In this document: piece after piece, positions 51,545 through 64,000 of the stretch
How positions within the stretch are numbered: the stretch's first letter is position 1
How the letters are laid out: each line of letters begins with the position of its first letter
NCBI GenBank assembly: GCA_002245135.1
Contig: NGBS01001189.1
Location: forward strand, 1-64,000
Direction of reading: 5' to 3'
Length of the DNA stretch: 64,000 nucleotides
Source of the DNA: Proteromonas lacertae
Lineage: Eukaryota
Program-made: the position numbers and the translations under genes
The notes under the pieces: generated by a model
What the model was told of the DNA's origin: nothing
The model's database searches: none
Seen by the model: the letters and a program-made list of their open reading frames with translations, nothing else

Positions 51545-54292
51545 ATGAAGACCTGCCCATTTTGCAACCTGTACAAATGTGATCATTGTAGATGTAAGGG
51601 TTATCCAGGCTGTAATCATGAAGCAGTATAAGCATCATTTTATATGTATAGGGTCGGTTATGTTCAAATGGAAGATATGCTCGTCATTACTTCTGTAACC
51701 AATGTGCTAGATTAATGAGAGAGTATAATTGATTTTTTATAAACTTTAGTTTTAATAACAAAAAGGATGTATTTTTAGGATCTAAAAACATCCTTCCCAC
51801 AAAATCCAAAAAGAGAGTATTAGAATCTTTCACAAATCCTCCTTCAATTACCCAACCAAATGGTATTTCTCCATTTAATCCTCAACAATTCTTAAATCCA
51901 AACTCTTTTATACAATCTTTCAACCCTATCAATATAACTCCATCTATTTCACTTGACTTTTCCAATACAAGAATTTGGGTTAATAATGATGCTGATTTGT
52001 TCTATTTCAATGATGATGTATTGAAAGGCTTTGAATCTGTTGTAAATAAAAATAAGGAAAAATTGTCATTAACAGTTGAAAAAGAGATTTCTACAGTGAA
52101 TATCATCGATAGTGATAAAACAAATGATAATTCTGTGAATAGCAACACATCAGATGAGAAAAATAAAGAAAATGAAATAAATAAGCAAGAGAAAAGTGGA
52201 TTTCTTGATGAATTAGCTAATTTAGCACTTTCTATCAATAATAATAATAATAATAATAATAATAGTGATAATTCAAATTCATTAACTCCTTTTTCTCATA
52301 ATTTTATAAATCTTCAATCTAATATCAATAAGCCAGTTGATATATATAACAACAATATTACCATTTCTTCAACATTATTTCCTCAACAAAATCCTCTTCA
52401 ACAACAACAACAACAACAACTCCTTCCTCAAGTTAATACAATTGAAGTAAATAGTAATAATCAAAACAATAACAATAGTCAACCAACTGTTCAAAAAGTC
52501 AATTTTATTTCAGATATTGTTTATGAAACTTCTAATCTTAATTCAATTAGTATAATTCAAATAGGAGAATATGAAAGAAATGATATTTTATACTTGAATG
52601 TATTATATAATTCAAATCCTATAGCTGTTGTGCCATACAACAAAGAATATGATTTATTGTCCTATTTAAGAGCTTATATGAAGTCTAAACTATTTCCAAA
52701 GACTAAATATTCGTTTATATTCTATTCATCCTCAGGAATTCCAATCTTAGAAGATAATGAATCTGATTTTTATATATCATCTGTTGCTGTAGATAATCAA
52801 TATTTCAATCATATTAGTAATTCAAATATCACCATTTCTTCCATATGTTTTGGTATAGATTATAAGTATAGAGTTTGTAAAAGATATAATAGCAAGTATG
52901 TAAATGTGAAAGATGATAACAATAATATAGAAAGTCCAACCAAAAAACAGAAATGTGATAATAGTAATATATTCAATACAAATGTAAAATCAACTTCATT
53001 ACCTCCACAATTAGTGAAAGAAGAACCACCTCAACAGTCTATTAACATAAATCCATTTACATCTTCAATCGGTGGATCTGATGGTATTAGTTCCTCATCA
53101 TCTTCATCATTGTCTGATAATACCAACTTTTCGCTTACACCCCAATTACCATCACCTCCACTATTATCACTAAATAATCTGAAATCCACTCCAATTCAGG
53201 TTGTTAAACCAGAATCATCTTCTCCAACTAAAACTATAGTCTCTAGACCAACTCCTCTATCATTTTCATTAAATCAAAACACAAATCTTTCAATTCAAAA
53301 TCAAACTTCTTCAATTAATCCATCTATATTATCATTAGGTATTAATAATCAAATTTTACCTTTAATAAACCCTCAACAGCAACAAATGCCATTACCATTT
53401 AATAGTTCTCTATTAAATCCAAATATCAATTTATCATCAATTATTCCTCAACAACCTCCTCCAATAACACAAATTCCAATTATAACAACAAATAATTCAG
53501 AAGAACAGGATTTAGTGAATCAAATACAACAATATGATGATAAGTATAAAATGGATTTAGCTTCGTATGAATATATATTATTATATTTATTATGCAGAGA
53601 TGTTATTAATCATTATAATGGAAATATAGAAGATTCTTTAGGTTCTTTATTATATCACTCTTTATATTATAATGATATGTCTTCATTTAAAAAGTTGATA
53701 ATTATGGGAGTTAATTTAGACTCTAAGTATATATCTAATATATATTTTGTTTTTTAGAATTAATGATAATAATATTGCATATCATGCTGTATGTGCTGGT
53801 AAATGGAATTTTTTCAGTTTGTTATTATCTTTGTTTTATGATAATAATCTCTTGTTCTGTGGAAAGCCGAACTTTCTATTAAATCCAAACGTAATTGAAC
53901 AAATTAATGGTTTAACAGTGAATGAATCAATGAAGAGTATATATAAACAAGTTATTGAAAGATTTGTATATATTCCTAAATTGGATAATTTAGATCAAAG
54001 TAAAACATCTTTGGTAGAACTAAGAAAAGAATTAATGAAGAAATATGATAAGAAATTTGCTTTAAATCAATTCTCATTCATTTTGAATGGTGTTTTTATA
54101 ATAGAAAATCAAGAAAAGGATCTATATTGTAAAGATATATTAACTGAAAAGGGGTATTTGGTGTATATTAATCCATTAATAAGGAAGCATGATAAAACTA
54201 CAAAGCAATACTGTAGTATGGATGTTAATTTTCTCATAAATCTGCAAAATAATTGGAGAAAAGCAGAGTCAAATCAATCTTCAGATAGTTAA
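51545..54292 (+). CDS. Hypothetical protein: Cys/His-rich N-terminal zinc-binding segment, low-complexity middle, ankyrin-like C-terminal region (spliced)
   Basis: MKTCPFCNLYKCDHCRCKGYPGCNH...CSNGRYARHYFCNQC; 'NIAYHAVCAGKWNFFSLLL'. Confidence 0.6.
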
Positions 54293-54482
54293 TACCTTTA
54301 TTGTTTTAATATTTTGAATTTTTGAAATTTGAATTAATTGTTTATTGTAGATTACTCTTTATATACCAAATATTATTGAGCAAACATAATAATTTTCAAT
54401 TGTTTGTATTAACTATATAGATTTAGTAAGGAAGATATTTTATTAATTCCAATAACATTAGTTAGATGTTCATTAATTAAGA

Positions 54483-57400
54483 ATGTCAGAAACTGCTGAA
54501 ATAAGTGATATTGTATGGTCATTCGGTGATTATTTAAATTTCGGAGATATTTATATCAATGGAATGTATATATTTTATTTATATCTGCAGTTCATGTTTA
54601 TTTCCTGCTACATGTACAAATAGCACAGATAATAATGTTACTATTGATATATCATTTGATAGTACTACTATTGAAAAGGTTAAATTTGGTTTACAATTAG
54701 AGAATCTAAATTTAGTTGATGAATATGATAGTATGATATTTATGTAATTTGTATATTTATAGATCCTATTCAAGATCCTAATTTTGATCAGACATTCAAT
54801 GAAATGAATTGCGTAGATAAATTCTCTCTAAAACCAAATGAAACCAAAAATTTGATATTTTTATTAACACCACCATCATTAACTGATGAATTTGTACAAC
54901 TAGATGCAAATCCAAATGTATATTTTTATTTTAATTTATATAATTGACTTAGTCTTGCAGAAAAACAATAGAACCCAAGCATATCCAGTATAACATACTC
55001 AATTCAATGTTAAAAATATCAGTCAATTCTCAAAAATACCAAGACATACCAATCAAAGCAAGATTATGTAAATCTACAATGTTTATTGATTGTGAAGAAA
55101 TGTATCTAAGCAATATCAAACCATTCGAAGATAATTTTTCAACTACATTTACAATCTATAATGACAGTGAAATACCACTTTATATCTATTTCAACTGTAA
55201 TAATGATACAAACACAAGTAAAATCAATTTCTTAGTAAATAAAGAAGTAATTGATGATATTCACATATTACCCGGGTTTTTCCATGAGACAGTAACTATT
55301 CAATATAAAGCCAGTAAAATAGGTGAGTATGAATATTTAATAGATATTATCAACTACAATACATCAGAAACAACAACATTGAAGTTATATACAGTTGTAA
55401 CAGATAAAGGATCAATCGATGGTATTAAAATAGAGTCATCTACCCACATATTAAACTATAACAATGGAGAATATCAATTAGAAATAGGTGATTGTTATAC
55501 AAATACAACAACATCCTCAAAAATCAGTATTACAAATTGTACACCCAACCTATTAGATATTACACTTGAAAAGGATAATCTTGGTGAAGTTATATTTACT
55601 AGTTATTATCCTGAAGGACAGAATCTGATTGGTAATTCAGTGAGTGGAAATGGAAATGGTGAAGATGGTGGTGATGTTGATGATGAAGATGTAGATGATG
55701 ATATTAAACCACTGTATAGTTATTTATTTTATATATTATAATTAGAGCCAGAACGAATAGTTATTGTTTACCAGAAACCCCTCAAAATTTTGACGAAATT
55801 ACATTACAACCAGGAAGAGCTATTTCTTTATTGATATTATACAATCCAAAGAATAACAGTAATAACAACAAAGACTATAATTCAGTTCGTTTACAAAGAC
55901 ATTCAGTTAGAACATTGATAAAATGTACAGATGAAAATGATTATTTTGTAAAGACATTTGTCATTAATAGTAGAATTTGTACAAGTATCTTGTCAGTTAC
56001 ACCATCTGAATTGGATTTAAAGAATTGTAATATTGATGTTAAGAAGAATGTTGATATTTATATTATTAATCATGTATATATTATTATTATTATTATTATT
56101 AAATCTATAGTCTGATTTACCAGCTTCATTTGTATTAAACTATAAAAGTAGTACAATCACATTTCATGAAGAAGAAGAAGAAGATAATTCAAATAATTCA
56201 ACACCGATTGGTTCTCCCTCCAGAATAAAAACAAAATTAAACTCATCATTAACTCAATCATCTTTAGTTATAAATCCAAATGTTCCTATATCAATTCCAG
56301 CACATCAAACACACAAATTGATATTAGAATTCTTTGCAAAACATGTGAATTTAGACTATAAGAAAGAAATTACCATTAAAAATCTGTATAATGATAAACA
56401 AAAGTTATGTTTTGACGTTTATGCTTCAATATTAGATCAATATCCCTCTTACTATCATTCTCAATATTACAAAATAATTACGCAATTCTCATTCACCAAT
56501 GAAATATTGAATTTTGACACAATGGCAATTAATTCAAAATCATTAAGAAGGTTCAAAATAGAGAATATTACCAATGAACCAATCAGATTATACTTCCAGC
56601 ATAGTTTAGGAAATGGTTTACAAATCTATGTAAAAAGTAATGAAATGAATTGTCCTACACCAATTTCTCCAAATCGTTATCATAAAAGAATAAAAGAGCA
56701 AGTCGTAGATGAATTAACCTCAGCTGAAGAACAACAACAACAAAGGCAAGTAAGTAATAACAAATCATTAACAGTTGAATTTCATGATAGAAAACAAGAG
56801 AATATTCCAAATCCATTCTTATCTCCTCGTCCAAATCCAAATAGAATGAGTGATAATGTTGAATTTGATGAATTAGTAATGAAATATGAAACTGTATATA
56901 TAATTATTTTTTCTATTTTTTTATCTTTTATTTTATATAGTTTTTACCAATTATTTCAACTTTAGATACTCAATCAATTATCCAATGGGTTGATAAGATT
57001 ATACATCGAAAAGAAATTTTAGAAGATTTAATAGATTCAACATTGATAGAAGCTAAAATGATTGAAATTGAACCTGGTAAAATTGAAGATGTATATATTA
57101 TTATTATTATTATTATTAAATAGATATTTATTGTATTTTATCCCAACGAAGATATTATTCCAACAGAAGTTGGTTATGGTAAAAAGCAGAACTTTTCATC
57201 AGAGTTTAATATTATTATGAAACCTGAGAATTCAGAACCTTCTATTCGAAAGATTGGTATTTCAGCTAAAGTCTGCTCTTCCCATATGAAGATTGTACAA
57301 AGGACAGTGAATTTTGGTGTTGTTAATGAAGGATCTAAATCTGATATGAAGATTTATATATACAACGAAAGTGCAATTCCATTAGTTTATAAAGTAAAGA

Positions 57401-60400
57401 AAAGTGGTAATTTAGATTCTTCATTTATTCATATCAAAGATTCAGCTAAAGGTATTATTAAACCTTATGGTAATTCATCTATTCCTGTTGTATTTTTACC
57501 AACTATAATGAAAGGTAAAATCAATGAGAAGATTACAATCAAGAATGTATTAGATAATAGTGATACACAGGAGATTACATTAAAAGCTTATGTTAAGAAA
57601 CCATCTCATTTCTCATTAGAGAAGAATATTCAAAGAATATCGTTTGGTGAAGTGTGTATTGGTAATGAAAGTCAGCAGATGAGTTTTGTATTGAGAAATA
57701 CATCCTCTAAGCAGAGAGTGTTTCAAGTGTATAGTGATCCGATCTTACCTCAACAATTTGGGAATATATCTGTTACACCATTTTTAATAGTGTCTGCTTC
57801 AACAGTTGGTACTATTTGTCTATCAGATGAGAAGAGAATTCAATACGAAGAAGAAATGGAGAAGTTAAAGAGAAAAGCAAGAATACATCGTAGAAAAGGA
57901 AGACCTGAGATGGCTGGAAGAGTCAAAGCACAAATTGATAGACTTCAGACTATAGTTAATGGTCAAACACCTTCTGATGATAATGAAAACAACAATTCAA
58001 ATTCAAATGATCCTTCAACCCCTAGACCATCACCCGTTCCTTTTTTGACTTTACCAAATAAACCAAACAACAGTACAAGTAGTAATACGGATCAAATTAT
58101 AGTTGAAGAAATAAGACCAAAGAACGGATTGAGAATAACCTTAAAACCAGATGTATCTGTATGTATTTATGTTGTATTTTCAACCAAATTTGTTTCTTAT
58201 ATAAACGTCTCAAGCAGTGAAAAGGAAAGTAAATGTCACAGTATCAATCTATCAGGTAAAATCACAGTAAGTGAAGCAAGATATGATGATGAAGAAGGAA
58301 GAAAAAAGATAGACTTCGATGTAGAAATAGTCAATCCCTATGAAAGAGTAAATGAAGAGACAAATATTAGTTGCAACAGTGCAGGAGCAATTAAAAAGAA
58401 TAAAATAAGAAAATATAGTTATTCATCTCCAAGAGAAGTTTCAGACTCTACATCATCATCATCATCACATCAGAAGTCTGTATTACCAAGTTTAAAAGGA
58501 AAAATAATATGTTCAATTGCCAAAGAGTTTCTATTAGAAGGATCTACTAATAAGATATTGTTGAGAAATACAAACCAAACAACAATTACATTAATATCAA
58601 AATCACCTTATCCAAGTTTTGTCGCTATTTCAATACCTGATTATGAGACTGATTATGGTACAATTCAGTTCAATTTGAATGATGAAAGTTCAAAGAATTT
58701 ACAGTTAATTCCTGAGTCTCAAAGTTTAACATTATCATCTGCTGTTTTACCATCATCATCATCTTCAATATCATCATCATCTTCTTCTTCTTCTCTTTTA
58801 CAAACAACAACAATCATATCAAATGAAGAAAAAGGTACAGGAATAAAAAGTCCTAAAAGTTACAATACTGATTTGAAATTCATTATTCCTGCTTTTAATA
58901 CAGTTACAATTTATGTAACTTGTGAATTGATTGACAGAATTGATAAAATCAAAGAGAATTATCAAATTAGTACTGTAAAAATATCATCCATCTTAGACTC
59001 AACAATTATAGAAGAAATTCCATTATATATTGCTCCAATCACTCCATCATTTAGAGTAAATTCAAATGAATTATCACTTGAACCATGTGGTACATATATA
59101 CTTGGAAGTACATTAACAACAGTAGTGAGAGTGTGTAATTTATCAAAGAAACAGTTGGCATTGAAACTTAGTCATATTGATGGGAAGAAAGTGTTATATA
59201 ATATAAAATATGATGAAACAATTACATTGAAGAAGAAAGAGAATAAAACTATTATTATAAAGTGCATTCCATTCTTTTACATTACTCAATTATCATTTTC
59301 ATTATTAATTAAAAATACTGATTTCCCCTATGATCAAATACCTATTAATATTAATGGAAATATCACTAATTCAATTTGTTTTGATTTTATTGAGAAGAAA
59401 GATATGTGTATTGATTTTGGTTTATGTCCAATAATGAAGTATGATGTGAATGTAAATAAAGGATTTGAACAATTAACTAAGATAGAATCTATTAAAATAA
59501 AGAATATTTCATCATTATCCATTCTATTGAAAGTATATTCAAATATTTCTAAACAATGTGAGGTTTGGGCAGATCCTGAAGGATTAGTTCCTTTAGAGTA
59601 TGTTAAAATGAAAACAAACGAGACAATCACTTGTTATATAGGTTTATATCCTTATTTGCCTCAAGATAATCAAGAAAGTGGAAAATGTAGAGAAATAAAA
59701 GGAGGTTTGATCTTTCAAGCTTATCATTTCTCCAGTGCAAAAACCATTGAAGAAATCAAGAATACTTCACCTATTTATAAAGCTGTAATGGATATTAAAG
59801 CAATAGTTGGTGTAAGCTTATTATCAGTTGATCAAACAACAATTACAACTGAAATTATATACAATTCAAATGGAATTTCACCACCTTCAAACACTGTTAT
59901 TTCGCTATATAATAATTGTACACATTTATTATTACCGTTTCACATTGCCGTTGAATCTTATTCTCCAGCTAATTTAGTCTCCTTTTCATTCAAACCATCA
60001 TCAAGCATTATTAAACCATTAAGTTATGAAATGATTAATATTGAGTTAATACCAAAATCATGTGGTTTATTCAACTTAATATTGAGAGTATATAATAATA
60101 ATTATATTAATAATTATCAAACCATCTCAATAACTAGTATAATTGATGAAGAATGTATTAATGTTAGTGTATTAAAACCTGAAGAAGATAGTCCAATATC
60201 TTACACATTTTCATCTCCAATCACTAGACAAACATGCAATCAACAATATCAACAAATGCCTCCATTGTTGTTATCACCTTCTAACTCCAATACATCATTG
60301 CGAAAAGCTTCACAAAATAATAATTCTACACCATTTAGTACTGAAAGAACTATTCTTAATTATGCTTTAGGTAGAGTTTTATTAACTCCATTAGATGATT

Positions 60401-63400
60401 GTTTTAGTTATAAAATATTAGGAAGAACTACTGAATGTGTTAGTAATAATAGTACTTCAGCTAGTCCACCATGTTTATTACAATCTGATACAGTAAATAG
60501 TGAAGAAGGAGATGAAGAAATGAAAGATGAAGAGAGTGATAAAAAATGAATTATTAGAAATTACTAATATAAGTGATAAGTGTATTAATATATTTCCTGC
60601 AAGTAATTTACCTTTGGTGATTAAATGGATTGCTTTAAATCCTATTGAAATATCTGATTATGATTTCCATTCAGATTCTACTAATATCTGTGATAAGAAT
60701 TCTCTTAATATTATTGGTGAGTGTATTGTTATTCCACCAAGTACAAGTGTTTGTGCAAAATTACAGTTTAATCAAGAAATGCCAGTATATTATATATATT
60801 ATTATTGTTATTGTATATAGATTGAATTATCAACTGATTCTATTGATTTAGGTATTGCCTATCCAATGAAAGGACAATTATGTTTTATACGACAAGATGA
60901 TAGTGTTACAAAAATCACCAAAGTTATTAGAATTACTTATGAATATTGTCAAAGTTTATTTATAGCATCTCCACCTGTTATTGAGTTAAAAACTCCATTC
61001 CTTCCGATATTAGGTAAGATAGATGAGAAATTCCAATGTGTTGTTAGGAATATTTCACATGTTATTGACTCGCTATTAATTGGACCAATTCCTGATTATA
61101 TGACAATAGATGAAGTGAATGAAAAATCAAAGATTACTGTAAGTCAATCAAAAGATGATAAATCAATCTATTCTGTAGAAATCTTCCCATTACAAGAAGC
61201 AAAAATTTCATTTCATTTACTCTATGATCCTGAATTAGATATATTCAAAAAACACTGCAAAGATACTCAATCACAAGAACAACAACAACAACAACAACAA
61301 ATTGAAGATAATAGCAATAACAATAATGAAAGTGTTAGTAGAGATATAACTATACCAATCAAGAATATTTACAATCCAAGAAATAGCAATGTAATTACTA
61401 TAACCTACAATATTTATGATAATATATTACAATATCCAAATCAAATTATTTTACCTCCTTGTTGTGTTGATAATAGAGATCCGAATGAAGAAATTATTTC
61501 ATTATACAATATATATGATGATAAACTAACAATCTCATTTATAGTTGAAATGGAAGATGGTAGAAAAGATATAGATATTATTTTGTTATCAAGATCCACA
61601 AAGAATGTATTACAATCTGTGAATTTATCACCCAAAGATAAATATGAAATTGTTATATTCTCTATTCCAAGTAATAGTTTTAAGTTTCCAAATAATCAAA
61701 GCTTGATTGAGTTTGAAGGTAATTTGCTTTTACAGTGTCATTCTTCGTCATTTGAATTAATTACATTAAAAATACCATTTAAAGGTCAAATAAAAGATAC
61801 ACCAAAATACTCTATTTCTTCTGCTGATAATTTGATATTTATCTTAACACCATCAACAACTTCATCATCAATGCATTTAGATAAATCATCTTCACTTTCA
61901 TTATCAGCTCCATTACATTCAAAATCTTCATTTTATTATATTTCTAATAATGATTTATCATTCACAATAGAAAATCACTCATCTACAGACAGTATTACAT
62001 TACAAATGTCATCTAAATCATATTACTATCCTGAGATGATATTCAAATTAGATAATGATACTAGAGACAGTGAAAGTGATAGTGTTTATACTGATACAAT
62101 CTATCCAATGGTTACTCCAGAATTAGAGACAATAGATCCACTACAAAAACAGGTATTTCATGTTAGAATTATTGATGGTAAAAAGACATATTTTGATGGA
62201 AATAATGGATTATTATTAACTGCTAATAGTGAAGCGAATGATAATAATAATAATAATCATTTAGAGAAAGTGATATTTGATAAAGATATTAAATCTAATG
62301 ATGATGTATAATATATATATATATATATTATTTATTATTGTAATTCATATTTTGATTAGCTAACAATTGTTATTCAAATTAGAGATGTGAATATACCGAC
62401 AGTTAAACCAACTGAATTGTCCTTATTGTTATTACCGCAAATGTTATTTACTAAACCACTTCCATCATCATCATCTTCATCTATTAAAATGATGAGAAGA
62501 TCATCCAGTACTACTGAATTATTACCAATGTCACAAACATCTCCACTTCCATCAACAAGATCATTTTCTATGAATACATATAATAATTCAACACAACCAC
62601 TTACAACAGTATCAAAACAACTGAAAAGTATATTTTATAAGTGTTTATAATAGATATTCCATCATCTTTATTACTTCAAAATAAAAACTCAATTAAACAA
62701 CCATTTTACCATATAAATGCTGGTAGAATAATGTTAAACAAAGCATCAATTGATTATACCATTATCCTATCAAAAGAAGGTGTAGATAATGTTAATTATA
62801 GAATAATCTGTTTAAATCCATCAACTTCAATTAATTGTACAATTAATAAGATGAAAGGAACAATTGGAACTAATCAAATATTAAGTGAACCAATCACCAT
62901 AACATTACATCCAATAAAAATTGGAACTTATGAGAATTTGTTGTTAATATTTAATGAGAATAATTCAATTGATTTCTTTGTTGTTATGATTGAAATGTCA
63001 GTAGTGAATGAAGATTTCATTTATTCTATTCCTAAATCTTTAACAACTGCTTCAAGTAGTTCAACATCAACAATTACTCCATTTTTAATCACATATTATA
63101 ATGAAATGAATTATGTAGAATTAAATCCATCTGACAGTGAGATTTACACTATTCATCTAGATGATGTTGTTTCTAATCAATTCAGCCGTGTTTTCCCATT
63201 CACTATTAGAAATAACACATCTATTTTGTTATGTATTAATATTGAATATGAGAATAATGAACAGAAATCAATTCTTAACTTTTCACTAACTCCAAGAAGA
63301 AAGACATTTATTGAAACATTGTATATATTATTATTATTATTTGTTACTATATTGTGTTTTAGAAGGATTCCTCCAAATGAGTCATATAGAATATATCCAA

Positions 63401-64000
63401 TGCTTTTCCCTTCAAATTGTGATTCAATGTTGTATAATGAAATAAACATCAAATTCTCATGTTATAATATTAATTCATCAATTCAGATATGTTATAAACC
63501 AAAGCAAGTATTAGTATCATCAATTATAAACAGAGAAATTGTATATATATATATATTATTATTATATTGTCGAATAGGATGAAGAGAAAGTTCAATCAAC
63601 CAATATTGTTATATCCTCTCATTCAACAGAATATACTTTAAAGATAGAGAAGCCAAAAGAAGGTGATACTCCTTTTCTATATTTATTGAGTATCAGTGAT
63701 TGGATAAAGATTGATGTTTCTGGTGAAGAGAAATATGAAGAAGAGGATGGAAATGATAAACATAATAAAGTAGAAGGAATAAAGATCCAAAAGATCATGT
63801 TAAAGGATGAAGGAAGTGTAATTAAAATAACAAAAGTGAAAAGTGATAATGAGCAATTATACCCTCAATATTTGTTATTATGCAATCCAAATAATATGAA
63901 TGATTATCAATTCTATGCCATTCATCTTGATGAGTATTTACTACTATTTTTTATTATATTTTGTATATAGAATTCATGCTTTATTAAACATTGATCATTT
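54483..64000 (+). CDS. Very large protein with repeated PapD/ASH-like Ig-fold domains (spliced; runs off the right edge)
   Basis: Recurrent 'LNFG.....(I/L).N.S..P' and 'ITIKN' patterns over >9 kb of in-frame exons. Confidence 0.6.

Overview
AT-rich eukaryotic DNA with two parts. (1) Bases 1 to ~7.5 kb are the right-hand portion of an intronless endogenous Polinton/adintovirus-like element. It carries a protein-primed family-B DNA polymerase gene that runs off the left edge and is interrupted by one in-frame TAG and one frameshift. It also has four small ORFans, a shared element-specific promoter grammar, and a repeat- and hairpin-rich putative terminus. (2) Bases ~7.6-64 kb are gene-dense host DNA with tiny (~23-35 nt) GT-AG introns and very short intergenic gaps, a pattern that suggests Blastocystis or a related gut stramenopile (inference). 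Host genes include a DEAD-box helicase, an importin-beta-like protein, a PHD-AP2 factor, a PDZ-RGS-DENN protein, a BTB protein, LicD, RNase H1, a GPAT, an ABHD17-like hydrolase, a surface protein, a KdgF-like cupin, DUS3, VPS13, an M28 peptidase, TMEM50/Vps68, and a large Ig-fold repeat protein. The most striking host signal is seven longer (46-67 nt) minor-spliceosome-type introns that start ATATC[A/C/T]TTT. Four must end in AA, two in AC and one in AT to restore the reading frame. All gene models and domain calls were made by eye, with no database search.
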